Of a stretch of DNA of 64,000 nucleotides, positions 25,811-38,250 are shown one piece after another. Source of the stretch: Camelus ferus (lineage: Eukaryota); contig NC_045697.1 of NCBI RefSeq assembly GCF_009834535.1, positions 65,970,001-66,034,000 on the forward strand. Reading direction: 5' to 3'. The translations under genes were made by a program, and so were the position numbers. Below the pieces are notes generated by a model. It was not told where the DNA came from, made no database searches, and saw only the letters and a program-made list of their open reading frames with translations. Each line of letters opens with the position of its first letter. Positions within the stretch are counted from its first letter, which is position 1.

Positions 25811-25879
25811 CACTATTAGAAATTTTTAAATTACATTCCAAGTTTGCCTTGGATTGCTATTAGATGGTGCAACTATAGA

Positions 25880-26735
25880 CTCTCACACTCAACTGTCTGC
25901 TATACATCTCTTGGATGTCCCACAAGCATCTTAAACTCAATTTGATTCAATATGTCAATATGTCCCAAATTCAACTCACCATCTTTTCCCTAAAACCTCT
26001 ATTTTTTTTTCTTGATTACTGGCAGCATAACACACTAATTCAAACAAAAATCTGAGTAGTCATCCTAGACTCTTAAATCACTCAACAGCTCATCAGTCAT
26101 CAGGCTCCATATTTTCTACCTCCTTAATCACTCTCAAATCTGTACACTATTCTGATTTTTATTGTCTCTTTATTTCATCTCTTCTTACTCTGACCCCTGC
26201 ATAGCCCCTAACTAGCCTCTTTACCCTTCCTCTCACCACCCCAATTCCCATCTCCCTCAGTCCATTATTCACTCTGATGGCAGACTAATGTTTCTACAAT
26301 TCAGTTTCAATTACGTCACTCTCCAATTCGAATTCCTTCAGCAGCTTCTTTGAAACTTTAAAAATAAAATTCAGACTCCAAAGCCTGACCTAAACAGACC
26401 TTATTATCTTGTTTCTTGCCTCTGTGCTTTCAGAGTGCTTTTTACCTTATCTGGACTGTAACTTCATCATTTTAGTTCACTTATTAGTTACCTTAAATTT
26501 TACCTCCCAAGAAAATCCTCCTTAAGTTCCACTCCCCAAACATCCTCTATATATTTTCATCTGCCAGCACTTGGACTAGCTGCCTCTTAGTTCATTTACC
26601 AGTTAGTCCTGCTGAACTAGATTCTCTGAAATCAGGGTCATTTTGTCGTGGTGGTTGTTACTGTCGCTGTTGTTACTTAACACATCTGAAACCTTACACC
26701 TAAAAGGCACTCAGCAAATATTTACTAAATTAGTA
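25880..26735 (+). mobile_element. L2 remnant
   Basis: catctcttggatgtcccacaagcatcttaaactcaa..gtcatcctagactc..ggcactcagcaaatatttactaaat. Confidence 0.75.
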
Positions 26736-26895
26736 AGACAAATGCATCTTCCTATTTCTTTGTTTCTCCTTTTCTATCTTTCCTCAATCACACCTCTGGA
26801 GAACACAATTCACAGTTTGATAGAAGTGCCAGGTAAGTGAAAAATAATTATAAAGCAACATAATAAGTGCTAAAAGAAGAAGAAATGATAGTTTT

Positions 26896-28441
26896 TTTTA
26901 AACATTTTATATTGAGTTATAGTCATTTTACAATATTGTGTCAAATTCCAGTGTAGAGCACAATTTTTCAGTTATGCATGAACATACATATATTCATGGT
27001 CACATTTTTTTTTTGCTGTGAGCTACCACAAGATCTTATATATATTTCCCTGTGCTATACAGTATAATCTTGTTTATCTATTCTACATATGCCTATCAAT
27101 ATCTACAAATTTTGAACTCCCAGTCTATCCCTTCCCACCACCCCTCGCTGGCAACCACAAGTTTGTATTCTATGTCTATGAGTCTGTTTCTGTTTTGTAT
27201 TTATGTTCTTTTTTTTTTTTTTAGATTCCACATATGAGCGATCTCATATGGTATTTTTCTTTCTCTTTCTGGCTTACTTCACTTAGAATGACATTCTCCA
27301 GGAACATCCATGTTGCTGCAAATAGCATCATGTTGTCGGTTTTTATGGCCGAATAGTATTCCATTGTATAAATATACCACATCTTCTTTATACAGTCATC
27401 TGTTGATGGACATTTAGGCTGTTTCCATGTCTTGGCTATTGTAAATAGTGCTGCTATGAACATTGGGCTGCAGGTATCTTTTCGAAGTAGGGTTCCTTCT
27501 GGATATATGCTCAGGAGCAGGATTCCTGGGTCATATGATAAATCTATTCCTAGTCTTTTGAGGAATCTCCATACTGTTTTCCACAGTGGCTGCACCAAAC
27601 TGCATTCCCACCAGCAGTGTAGGAGGGTTCCCTTTTCTCCACAGCTTCTCCAGCATTTGTCATTTGTGGTCTTTTGAATGATGGCCATTCTGACTGGTGT
27701 GAGGTGATACCTCATTGTAGTTTTGATTCGCATTTCTCTGATAATTAGTGATATTGAGCATTTTTTCATGTGCCTATTGATCATTTGTATGTCTTCGTTG
27801 GAGAATTGCTTGTTTAGGTCTTCTGTCCATTTTTGGATTGGGTTGTTTGTTTTTTTCTTATTAAGTCGTATTAGCTGCTGATATATTCTGGAGATCAAGC
27901 CTTTGTCGGTTTCATTTGCAAAAATTTTCTCCCTTTCTGTAGGTTGTCGTTTTGTTTTACTTATGGTTTCCTTTGCCGTGCAGAAGCTTGTAAGTTTAAT
28001 TATGTCCCATTTGTTTATTCTTGCTTTTATTTCTATTGCTTGGGTAGACTGCCCTAGGAGAACATTTTTGAGATGTATGTTGAGATGTATGTCAGATAAC
28101 GTTTTGCCTATATTTTCTTCTAGGAGGTTTATTGTATCTTGTCTTATGTCTAAGTCTTTGATCAATTTTGAGTTTATTTTTGTTTATGGTGTGAGGGAGT
28201 GTTCTAGCTTCACTGATTTACATGCTGCTGTCCAGTTTTCCCAACACCATTTGCTGAAGAGACTGTCTTTATTCCATTGTATATTCTTGCCTCCTTTGTC
28301 AAAATTAGTTGACCAAAAGTTTGTGGGTTCATTTCTTGGCTCTCTATTCTGTTCCACTGGTCCATATATGTGTTTTTGTACCAATACCATGCTGTTTTTA
28401 TTACTGTAGCTCTACAGTATTGTCTGAAGTCTGGGAGAGTG
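26896..28441 (-). mobile_element. Young 5'-truncated camelid L1 (~1.55 kb)
   Basis: Perfect 14-bp TSD gaaatgatagtttt 26882-26895 / 28442-28455; T-tail at left end; long open ORF2 segment. Confidence 0.95.
27221..28440 (-). pseudogene. L1 ORF2p C-terminal part (post-RT region and CCHC motif)
   Basis: 314-aa open segment with [27 protein letters not shown] and TWKQPKCPS; in-frame TAA at 28184-28186 and a frameshift near 28305 upstream. Confidence 0.95.
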
Positions 28442-28834
28442 GAAATGATAGTTTTACAGAAGTTTTTTTGGCATATTTTCTATGTAAAACTTAGAATTGA
28501 ATTTTCCTTCTATAAATAACTTTAAACATTTTCCTATAAGATGAAACTAAGAAGAGTTCAGCTCAGATCAGATTTTCCTTGGTTTTTATTTATAGATGTG
28601 TAAGGAACAAAATTAGCCTCTTTCTTTTCTTCTCTCTCTTCCTTCTTATAAGCAGAGGTAGTGATTTATTTTCACCATGGATATTATTAGTTCTTAATAA
28701 TTTTTCGATTTTCTCATTGCAGCTAGGCCTAGTGGCAAGTCTCCAAAAGTTACATTTTTAAGGTTTGCATTTCCATTTTGATAATTTACTTTCAGGACTG
28801 GAGTTTACTCACAGTCCCAATTGTTTACTCACAA

Positions 28835-29260
28835 TGTGCTCTTACTTGAGTTGGGAAGTGTTCTTTCTGGCATATGGGTGCCAAGGCATAGATTCAACTC
28901 CCATATGATAAAATTAATGATTCTTTAATGTGATTGTGACATTTAACACACCCCCAAAACCTCTATGAGGTATAAGTTACTATCCCCACTAAACAAATAA
29001 GAAAAATGGTCAAGACAGATAAACTGGCTTATTCCAACAAGGCCTTACGAGTAGTAACTAACAAATCAGAATCCAAACCTAGATCATGGAATTCGAACTC
29101 CAGTGTTTTCTCCACTTCATTACAGCTTATTATGTGCATTATTAATGCATCTTATCATTGAATGTGATAGCCAATGTATTTTCACTATGACAAATTTGTT
29201 ATCACAACAAACTAAACAACTCAAAGAGCACCCCGACTGCTAACTGACAAATTGCATTCT
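28835..29260 (+). mobile_element. Ancient tRNA-derived SINE (MamSINE1-like) split by a MIR
   Basis: degenerate head gccaaggcatagattcaactcccata and 3' aaacaactcaaagagcaccccgactg resemble the remembered MamSINE1 consensus. Confidence 0.45.
28950..29125 (-). mobile_element. MIR SINE
   Basis: aaacctctatgaggta..ttactatcccc..aaataagaaaa..cagaatccaaacctag. Confidence 0.7.
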
Positions 29261-31752
29261 TGATATAAAATATTATTAAATGTCCCTTCCACCAGGCAAA
29301 GACCACTTTTCACAGCCTAGTTAAGAATATTTACATTGATTTTAACATGCCCCATGTGTCCATTTGATTGAACTCTTGTACTTACAAATGCATGATAAAA
29401 ATACAAATGATCAAAATACAAATACCACAGCAATAAAAATCTGTTGGCCTATAAGAAAGAGGCTTGACCGCACCCTTTAATCTTCTTGATCAAAAACACA
29501 CTAGCAGGAAAAGGCTTACTTTTTGTTAATGTTGAAACTTATCTCAGTAATTGAGTTTTTTTTTTTTTTTTTTGTAAACAGTCAGCGTTTATTCTGAACT
29601 GTGAATCACAACTGAAATCTCTGTAACAGAGGAGACACTGTCTAAACTTTGACAGGATAGAGGGATAGGGAAAGGGAAAATGGGATGAAAAATTAGATAT
29701 ATTAGATCAAACAGAAGAAAGTATAAGTATATTTTATCCCATATTTCACATAGCTATAACAGAGTTATTCGTGATTCTTTTGTTTCTTTTATTTCTTCTC
29801 AGTATTCAATCACATTTTCAATACAAATTATCGTATTATTTTGCAGAAACTTTTTGTGGTCCTCAGTGGGTTTTTTCAGCTAATTAATGTTAAAAAAGAA
29901 TTACTGAAAGCAAATATTGCAAGAAATAATTTCCAAAATGAAATTTATACACTTGAAAGCTGACTCCTACAAAAATGATTTGGCTCTATAAAAAAAGAAG
30001 CAATCCATCAGCTCCACAGACCCAGACATGGCGACCTGATAGGATTTCTTTTTCATAGGAAATTACTGCTATGACTGATTCTTGTTAACCCTAGGGGGAA
30101 AAAAATATGGTGGCAAGGCCTAATCAGAGACTGAAACAGAATGTTCTATTGTTTGAAATGATTGTCTTTGTGTAGTAGTTGAAAGACAAATTAAATTTGT
30201 TAGAATCAAGTGAAATATTCATTTTCCCTTTGACTTCACAAGCAACTTCACCTTAACTGAATTACTACTAAGTGCCTTTGCCCCTGAACTCCTCTCACAT
30301 CCTCATAATTAAATATATAACTCATACCTCATTTTTATTTAGACTGACAGTGGAAGACTGTTTGCTGGTCAGAATTAACATGCCCTGTCCTAACACCCCT
30401 TCCTACCTGTATTCGCTGCCTCATCCGTTCCCTTAAACCATCCCATGCTGCTGAAGACTGTGTCGGACACAAATCCCTACTGCCAGCATGAGAATTAACC
30501 AAGATAATACATGTCAAGCAAATAAAATAATACTTCTTGAAATTAGACCTCCACAAGTGTTCCTTCTTGTAATGAATAAGGTTACTGTAAATGAAAAATA
30601 TTTTAACATGTTTTTCTTTAGTTTATAGACACTGTGAAGGCACAATTTGGATTTTTAGATAGTAATTTTTAACAAAATACTTTTTTATGGTTACAGATTT
30701 ACCTCAGGTGAATTCTCAAATTATTTTTACTTCTCTTCCTTCAGTCTGTTAAATCTTACTCCTCAGAACTTGCTCTGCTGTCATACAGCTGTTATGAAAG
30801 AATGAAGCTCAAGTTAAAGACAAGCCTTTTCTAGAGCCATCAGAATTTGTAGTGATGTAAGCCAGCAAGTGGGCCAGCGTATTAGCTACTGATGCTATTA
30901 CTTTATGGTCCTCAGTGCTGTCTCCTGCACACTAAACACGCTGTTTTGAAAATTAAGACACTAAAGCAGCCAAGACAATTTTTAAAAGAATTTCTCCTTC
31001 TAGGTCCTTCTTTCCCTACCACCATTTTTTATTTTTATTTATTGTCTTAGAGAACTGCCTTATGGCCTATTTTTGTTTACCTAATTAAATTGGAAACCCA
31101 TCTGACTTGACAACTATGAGAATATTTGTCAATATACTGGTGGTTTGCATGTTTTCCCTGCTTCTTAATGCAGCAATAATTTCTTGTTCTTGTTTTTGCT
31201 TAAAAAGTAGAATTGAAAAGCATTCCACTGTGTAAAGTAGATACTCTCTTACTCTTAGTTCTAACATTTAGATTGTCAAGGTAATATTCTATACATCCAG
31301 ACGTAATTATAGACATTTTTCATGTGGTTATGCTGAATTAACCTTGGTGTTTTCACCTCTGCTTAAAATTAATATGTCTTATGAAATCAGGTTCTCCCTC
31401 TGCCATACAATGTCTGTGGCACAATGTAATGTTCAGAGCCCATCTTTTAGAATACCCACTATTTAGGTTTAGTCTTCTTCATGAAATGAGTAGCTAGTGA
31501 TATCATTGTTCTTTTTTTATTCCAGTGAAATCAACATTTTCTCATTTTACCTCCTGAATACAACCCTGATGAGACATTTGAAAGATATTTGCTTACAAAA
31601 ATAAATGAATTCATTTTCCTCTCAGTCATAAGTCAAATCTTCCTGGGAATCTTCCACTTTTTTTTTTACTCTAACTATTCCTACTCTTCATTCAACATTT
31701 CAGAGAGAATTGACTTTGATATTATAATGTCTGTGTCTAGTGATGGCTGGTT

Positions 31753-31756
<4 letters not shown>

Positions 31757-31804
<48 letters not shown>
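31757..31804. repeat. (CA)24 microsatellite
   Basis: directly visible, uninterrupted. Confidence 0.97.
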
Positions 31805-31807
<3 letters not shown>

Positions 31808-34800
31808 CTTCCAATCTGAGCCTTCTGTGAAACAGAATTCAAAGCTGTTCAGTTGCTGACAAACTTCAGGGATTATTTATCTCATACTGATTCCCATGTT
31901 CCTACAAGGAACATATTTATTTTGATGTATGAACTAGGAATAAGATAACTGAAACTGAAGGTGGTCATTTAAAGCAAGCCCTTTCTTCTAGCCCAGCAGG
32001 CCATGGGGTGTCAGGCTCAATGCTGACCTTAGAGGTTCCTGTGGTAGCTAGATCTACCTGGAATCTCACTTAAATGTTTTATATTCTCACTTAAATGCTT
32101 ATTTCATGTGGAACCCATGCTTTCTATCCCCCACAATTGTGTACACATTTTGCATGGCTTCCTTTGAGACCTGAAACAATTTTTCTCCCCAAAGGACTAG
32201 TCTTACAGAAATACACATGACATGGGTTTGTTTTTTCTCTTTGCAGTTCTCTAACCTATATGATCTTTCTAAAAAAATTTTAAGGTAGTCATCCACTGCA
32301 ATACTTACATGCTTTGTCTTTCACAGCCCCCATATATAGGTACAGATTTTATTGTGTAAGAATTTATTGCTACTTCTTGCAGCCAGCAACAATAAAATAA
32401 ATCTATCTCGTGGAATTCAATACATATGTATTTCTCTCATTCACTGTGACTAAACCTACTTTAAATTAGGTTTTATTTTAAAAAAAAATGTGTGATGACA
32501 AAAATTATAAACTGAGAGAATAAGTAGATTAACTATCTTACAAATAAAAAAATTAAATCCTCATTCCACTGCCTTTCCTTCTGTTAAAAGTTTCCATTGT
32601 GGGAGAGTTTTTATTCTTGTTTTTTGGCATTAGTGAGAAATAGAATTGTTTATTTTTTATAAAATAAATTTTAAAACTTGAAAGTAGTGTGTACATCCAC
32701 AGATACAGTATTTATGTTGTTTGGTTTTCATTTTAATTTTTGCTTTTGTTTTTGTCTTTATCTGTGAGCAACATTCAAATCTGCAAATTGCTCCAAAGAT
32801 ACTTGGTATGGTGGTGACACCACATTTTCTCCTTAATTCCTTGCTGTCAGCAGAATTTTGTTATTCAAAGTATGTTAAAAGTGTATAGTAATTAAAATGA
32901 AATATATAATAGTATATTTATTGGATCCATGTATTTTCATTTCAATGTGAAAAATGTATAGGAATATTAAGGTCTTAATAGGATGGTCCCACATTCCCAA
33001 ATACTTTTTCCCATTACTATAGTTAACACACTTATTAAGAAAATTCCAGTAAAATTTAACCAATATGGAAACTTCTCTGTGCTGTGATTTTCTCCATGTC
33101 CTGGAAAAGCAAGACAAACTAAAGATCACTCTAATTTTATATACTATTACTAAATATACAATAATGACATCATCAAATTTAAAATGTGGGATATTGTAAT
33201 AAAATAGTTCTGAATCATTTTTGCTTCATAAGCAAAAAGTAATATGATTTTCCAATTTTATTTAAATTTGATTAAAGTGTTGCCTTGAATTTCTACATAA
33301 TTATCCCATGTGCACTACATCTTCTTTTCCTTATCCATTCATGTTTATATTTAAATATTTCATTGTTGTATTTCCTTTAAACCACCTGGGATGCTTTCTG
33401 AAATGAGGGATAATATGAATAATTAAAATACATTTTGAAATAAATAATTACATTTCATATGGAAAGATAATAAATTTACTCAAGTGGAGCAATATTATAA
33501 TAAACTTGTAAACCACAAAATAATATATCTTATAAAAGTAACCACCTTTTTAGTGGGAATTCATGTCTATATTTTTTAAGTTGGAGTATTTTCCTTCAGG
33601 GGGTTCCAAATTGTCCAAATTTTGCCTATGCAGTGACAACCCTCATCCAAACTAAAGCCCAGAGCTGTGACAAGGAAACTCAGCCCAGTGCCAATTGTAT
33701 GTGAAATTCAGTCCCAGGCATCCTCAGCCAGATCATATGTTACAGCCACTACATTTCTGAATTCTGACACAGCAGGCAGGCAGGGAACCCACTCCTCAAG
33801 GCAAATGCTTCTCACCCTCTAAGGACAGTAGGTCTCCACCAAATAACCTCTCATTCTGAGTCATGGCTCAGAGAGACCAAGAGATCCCCCGAGAACAAGC
33901 CGCAGTCATGCCCTTTTGAGATGACAATAGCATTTGGCCATCAAATTCAAGGTACATACTGAGCATAAGTGAAAGAAAGAAAATATTAAAAAGTTATCAA
34001 AAGTTTTAAAATGTCTCACAGGGAGATTTCAAGTTTATTCTTCTGTAATAAAAAGTTGTGACTGAAGATCAGCATCTTTCTAAAATAAAAATGTATAAAC
34101 CTTGTTTCAGAAACAACTAGTTTTGGAAAGGATATAATTTATTTTGTATACCATCTGAAGATTGTTGAAATCTTCCCAATAATACCAGTTCATCAAATAA
34201 TAAGCCTGTGAAAAACTATGCCTTTTTTTCTAATTGGTATGCAAAAAAAGAAAAAAAGAAGAAAAGGAAAGAAAAAATAATCCAAAATAAAATGATTAAG
34301 GTTATGTCATCTATAATGGCTTTTATTTTTTGAGACAATTTGCAATTGTTCTTTGAGAAAATGCAATAACCTTTTAAATTAATAATCATATTGATTTGGC
34401 AAACCTTACTCTGAAGACACAAATCAGTCAGCTGAGTCCCAGAAAAAGGCTGAGTTCTCTTTATGTTTTGCTTTTTATTGTCAATTCATTGACAATAGAT
34501 GTTTGCTTGCTGCATTTAAGAAAAGAGAGGTCTCTCTTTTCAGCAAAGGCTTATGTCAGATTTATTTTCTACAAATAACGGTGTTAAAGGACTTTGAAAT
34601 AACTATCAACAATCACCTTAAACCAGTGCAACATGGGTTACTGACACCTGAAACTTCCATTGCTTACAAAATCACGATCTTCAAAAGTAGTGGCTATTGG
34701 ATCACTTGTCTCTAAAAGCCATCACTAAAAACAATAAGCTAGACTCTCAACTCAAAGAGTTCCTTTCTTCTTTTGAATCTCACAGAACAAAAATCTGACC

Positions 34801-35585
34801 CACTGTGTAAATATTCACTAGTACATCCTTTAAAATGTACATTGGATTGTATACAGTTTGTGCTTTGAGTTTTGTTTTTTTTTTTCCATTTCTTTATCAT
34901 GTCCAATAGAGATCTCTGAGAAGAGAAACTTGGCCCTTACAACACTACCATTTTCCAGGATGTCTGCCAAGTGAGTACTTAGGAGGATGGCCTTTGGGCT
35001 GGGAGGAATGTGTTATCCTCTCTCTGGCACTAGACACAATCCAGGAGGCTCCCAGGAGGATAGGCTCTGTTATCTGATAGCTCTTTTCCATTTCTGACTA
35101 AATAGATGTCAGGAGTTTCCAAGGGGTTAATATTTCAATTTAGCCCAATAAATACACTTCTGTAGCTGCTTCCAGTGAACTCAGCATGTCATATTTTTAT
35201 TATTTGTAGTTTCTTATTCTTAGAAATGTGATTTGTCTATAATTGATTTGTCTAATTATAAAAGAAAATGCAGGTTTTCATCCTTCACTGACTCCAATTA
35301 GCAACCTCCCAATGTAGCTCCATCTGGATTCATAAGAGAAAGAGTGGTTCACTTCTGCCCTTTGCAACTTATAATATTTATAGACTTTGGGGGAACTTGG
35401 GAATCCTATTTTGTCATAATCACAGGTAATGTTTTTAAATAATATTTATCTTTTCTATATTTTATCAATTTAATCTCCCCCAATTTATGTTCTTTTTTCA
35501 AAAGTCAGTTTACACAATTATTATTATATTTTACAACCTCAATAAAACATAGTATGAACATCATAGTGACATTATGATTTAGGCC

Positions 35586-35776
35586 AAAGTTTGCAACCAC
35601 TTTGCAATGGCTAAAATAATTTAGAGAATTTTGTTCCAATACTGATGCCAGGGCCTCATCCCCTGAGATTCTCATTTAATAAATTTAGGCTGGGGCCGCA
35701 GCATTTCTGTTTTTTAAAAATAATTGTTGTAAGTGCTCCAGGTAACCTAATGTGCAGCTAAGGTTGAGAACCACTG
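35586..35776. mobile_element. MER5B/MER5A-like hAT MITE
   Basis: aatactgatgccagggcc..gagattctcatttaat..ctccaggt..ctaatgtgcagctaaggttgagaaccactg. Confidence 0.75.
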
Positions 35777-36149
35777 ATTTAGGGCCTAAAGAGGAACTGA
35801 GATGCCTTTCCTTGAGTTAGTGATTTCCAAAGGACAGAGTAAACTGTAACCATGAAGCTTCACAAACTATAAAAAAGAAACCCAAAAAACAGTCCTTTGT
35901 AAGGTTGAACTTCATGGAGTGTCAAAACATTCCCTACCACTCTAAGTGTATGTTTCCCAGGCCCAGTGAGCAATGGAGCTATTACCTAACTACCTTGTAT
36001 TTCTCTTCTCCTTTATTCCCTATGTTCTGGGAATTTCACAACCCATTAATGACTGAAGCAAGACGTAGGGAAGAAAGAGAACTTGTAAGGGAGGAAAAGA
36101 GAAGGAAACTAACACTCGCTGAGCTAGAGCTACCAGGAATCAGCATTGT

Positions 36150-36300
36150 CATCTTCGTGGTTTTCTTTAGTCCTTTCAACCACTGTGAGGTATATGGTAT
36201 TATATCCATTTTAGGGGTAAGAAAAACTGTTTCAGGATGATTGGGCAGATTTATCCAAGGTTGTATCACTAATAAATGGTGGAAAAAGGATTCTAACCCA
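36150..36300 (-). mobile_element. MIR SINE
   Basis: tttagtcctttcaaccactgtgaggt..tccattttag..aagaaaaactg..ccaaggtt. Confidence 0.7.
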
Positions 36301-37139
36301 TGATTCTCTTCATGTTATTTCCAACTCTATGGAAAGATCAAAGATTTGTTTTGTTTTTCTTCAACAGCAATGGTGAATGGAGAAAGAACAAGACAGAAAA
36401 TGCAGATATGAAAGAACACTTCAGCAGAAGCTTTGTGATTATCTTGGGACTTGAAGCCAGAGAATTTTCATGCCACCACACACAGTGACCACTCAATTTT
36501 ACACTTAGTGCAAAAAGTAAGCTGCTACAGCACACTGCAAACCATGAGGCTGAAAGTGCGTGTGTGGCCACACAGCACACAGGGAAAACGCACCTCGCCT
36601 GACACGAGTGGGGCTTCTCCCTCAGTGCGGCTCCCTCTGACTCCATGGCCTAACTGGAGGGCAATCTCCAAAAACAGAGACGGAAATTAAGAAGAGCAGA
36701 CAGGAGAAAGGAAAGCTCTTACATCACATCACTCAACCACAAAACCTAGGTTACTCTGGTTAACTTGCTCTACCCTCTACAGAAAATTAAAACATCCTTC
36801 CTCGTTCTCTACCACCCTCCTCTGGTCATACAGCTCTCACTTCCCCAGACTGAAGGAAAGCTTGGAGAGGCTGTGTGACTGTGTGGTGTGTGTGTCTGCA
36901 CGTGCACATACTGCAATCTCATATTGTGCGTATATGAAGAGAGAAAAGTTTGAAATCAAACTCATGCAACAGTTAGAACTTGTGTAAGAACTTAGCTCTT
37001 GTGGCAAGGTCTTGGAACTGGAAGCTATGAGAAGTCATGCAAGGTCCTTTTTTGGGCAAACAGAGGTTACACCTTATCCTGATGACAAGCTGGACAACCT
37101 ACATGCTGTCATGGAGAGAAAATATAAGAAATGAACATT

Positions 37140-37480
37140 CCAGTATTATTAACATGTGCTTCCACGTTTAAAATACTGAACCTACTATGTATTGGGCACT
37201 GTCCTGGGTAGCAGGGGATATAGAAATGACTGAGATGAATCTTTGCCCTCAAGAAGCTCACTGTCTAACAGAAGAGATAAACATGTAGAGATGATTATAA
37301 CCTACAATAAGTAGTGTTAAGGGGTAAGTAACATGGTGAGCCTAAAGAGGGAGATGGACTGGAGAATGCTTCACTTTCTGCAACTGAGTCGTGAAAAATG
37401 AGTAAGAATTTCCCAGGTAGACACAAACATAGAGTTAACATAAGAATGAGGACTATGTTAAGGAATAGAGGAATGAAACC
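37140..37480 (-). mobile_element. L2 3' fragment
   Basis: tactgaacctactatgtattgggcactgtcctggg..tgccctcaagaagctcactgtcta. Confidence 0.75.
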
Positions 37481-37747
37481 ACAGAGAACTACCTGAATGC
37501 CTATTTGTTCATATAAAATTAAGCATATGAGGGGCTATTGTGGAATACTGGGGTGAGGCCTAGGTGGAAGCCAGAAGTTCTGAATTTAAGATCCAGCTCT
37601 GATATTCTGTAGGTGGGTAACATTGGGCAAGTCAGGTGCTCCAGAGTTTCTTTTTCCTCTTTTGTAAAGCAGACAACACTGCTTGCACATGATAATGTGG
37701 AAGCATCTTTAGGGGACCCAACTCAATCTTCGGGAGTGGTGCCTTTT

Positions 37748-37883
37748 TATTTAATTGAAATATAGTTGATTTACAATATTGCATTAGTTTACGGTGTATA
37801 GCATAGTGATTTGGTGTGTTTGTTTGTTTGTTGTTTTGTTTTGTTTTTGCAGATTATACTCCAATATAGGTTATTACCAGATA
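37748..37883 (-). mobile_element. Very short L1 3' tail insertion (cetartiodactyl type)
   Basis: Perfect 16-bp TSD gggagtggtgcctttt 37732-37747 / 37884-37899; aattgaaatatagttgatttacaatattg terminus. Confidence 0.9.
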
Positions 37884-38010
37884 GGGAGTGGTGCCTTTTA
37901 AGGAAAAAAAATGTAAGGCTGAAAGATGAGAAGATGGGATAAAATGCCCAGGCTAAGATAAGGCAAGGCTTGGAAGTGAAAGAAAAAGATGGTACTTTTG
38001 AAGAATTAAA

Positions 38011-38250
38011 AGTTCGTATTTGTAGATATTGACAGGCATATGTAGAATAGATAAACAAGATTATACTGTATAGCACAGCGGAAATATTACAAGACCTTGT
38101 GGTAGCTCACAGTGAAAAAAAGTGACAATGAATATATGTATGTTCATGTATAACTGAAAAATTGTGCTCTACACTGGACTTTGACACAACACTGTAAAAT
38201 GACTATAACTCAGTAAAAAAAAAAGTTTAAAATAAATAAATAAATAAATA
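38011..38250 (+). mobile_element. Young camelid L1 3' tail
   Basis: near-identical to the reverse complement of ~26896-27118; A-rich/(TAAA)n tail. Confidence 0.9.

Noticed and set aside
27432..28494. Plus-strand hydrophobic ORFs (81, 168, 61 aa)
   Set aside because: They are antisense shadows of L1 ORF2.
32064..32103. Imperfect 21-bp-period duplication tctcacttaaatg
   Set aside because: An ordinary small slippage duplication with no functional hint.
37789..38076. ORF sharing the N-terminus MLYSIILFIYSTYA with ORF 27052-27237 (apparent paralogues)
   Set aside because: Both are antisense translations of the same L1 3'UTR.
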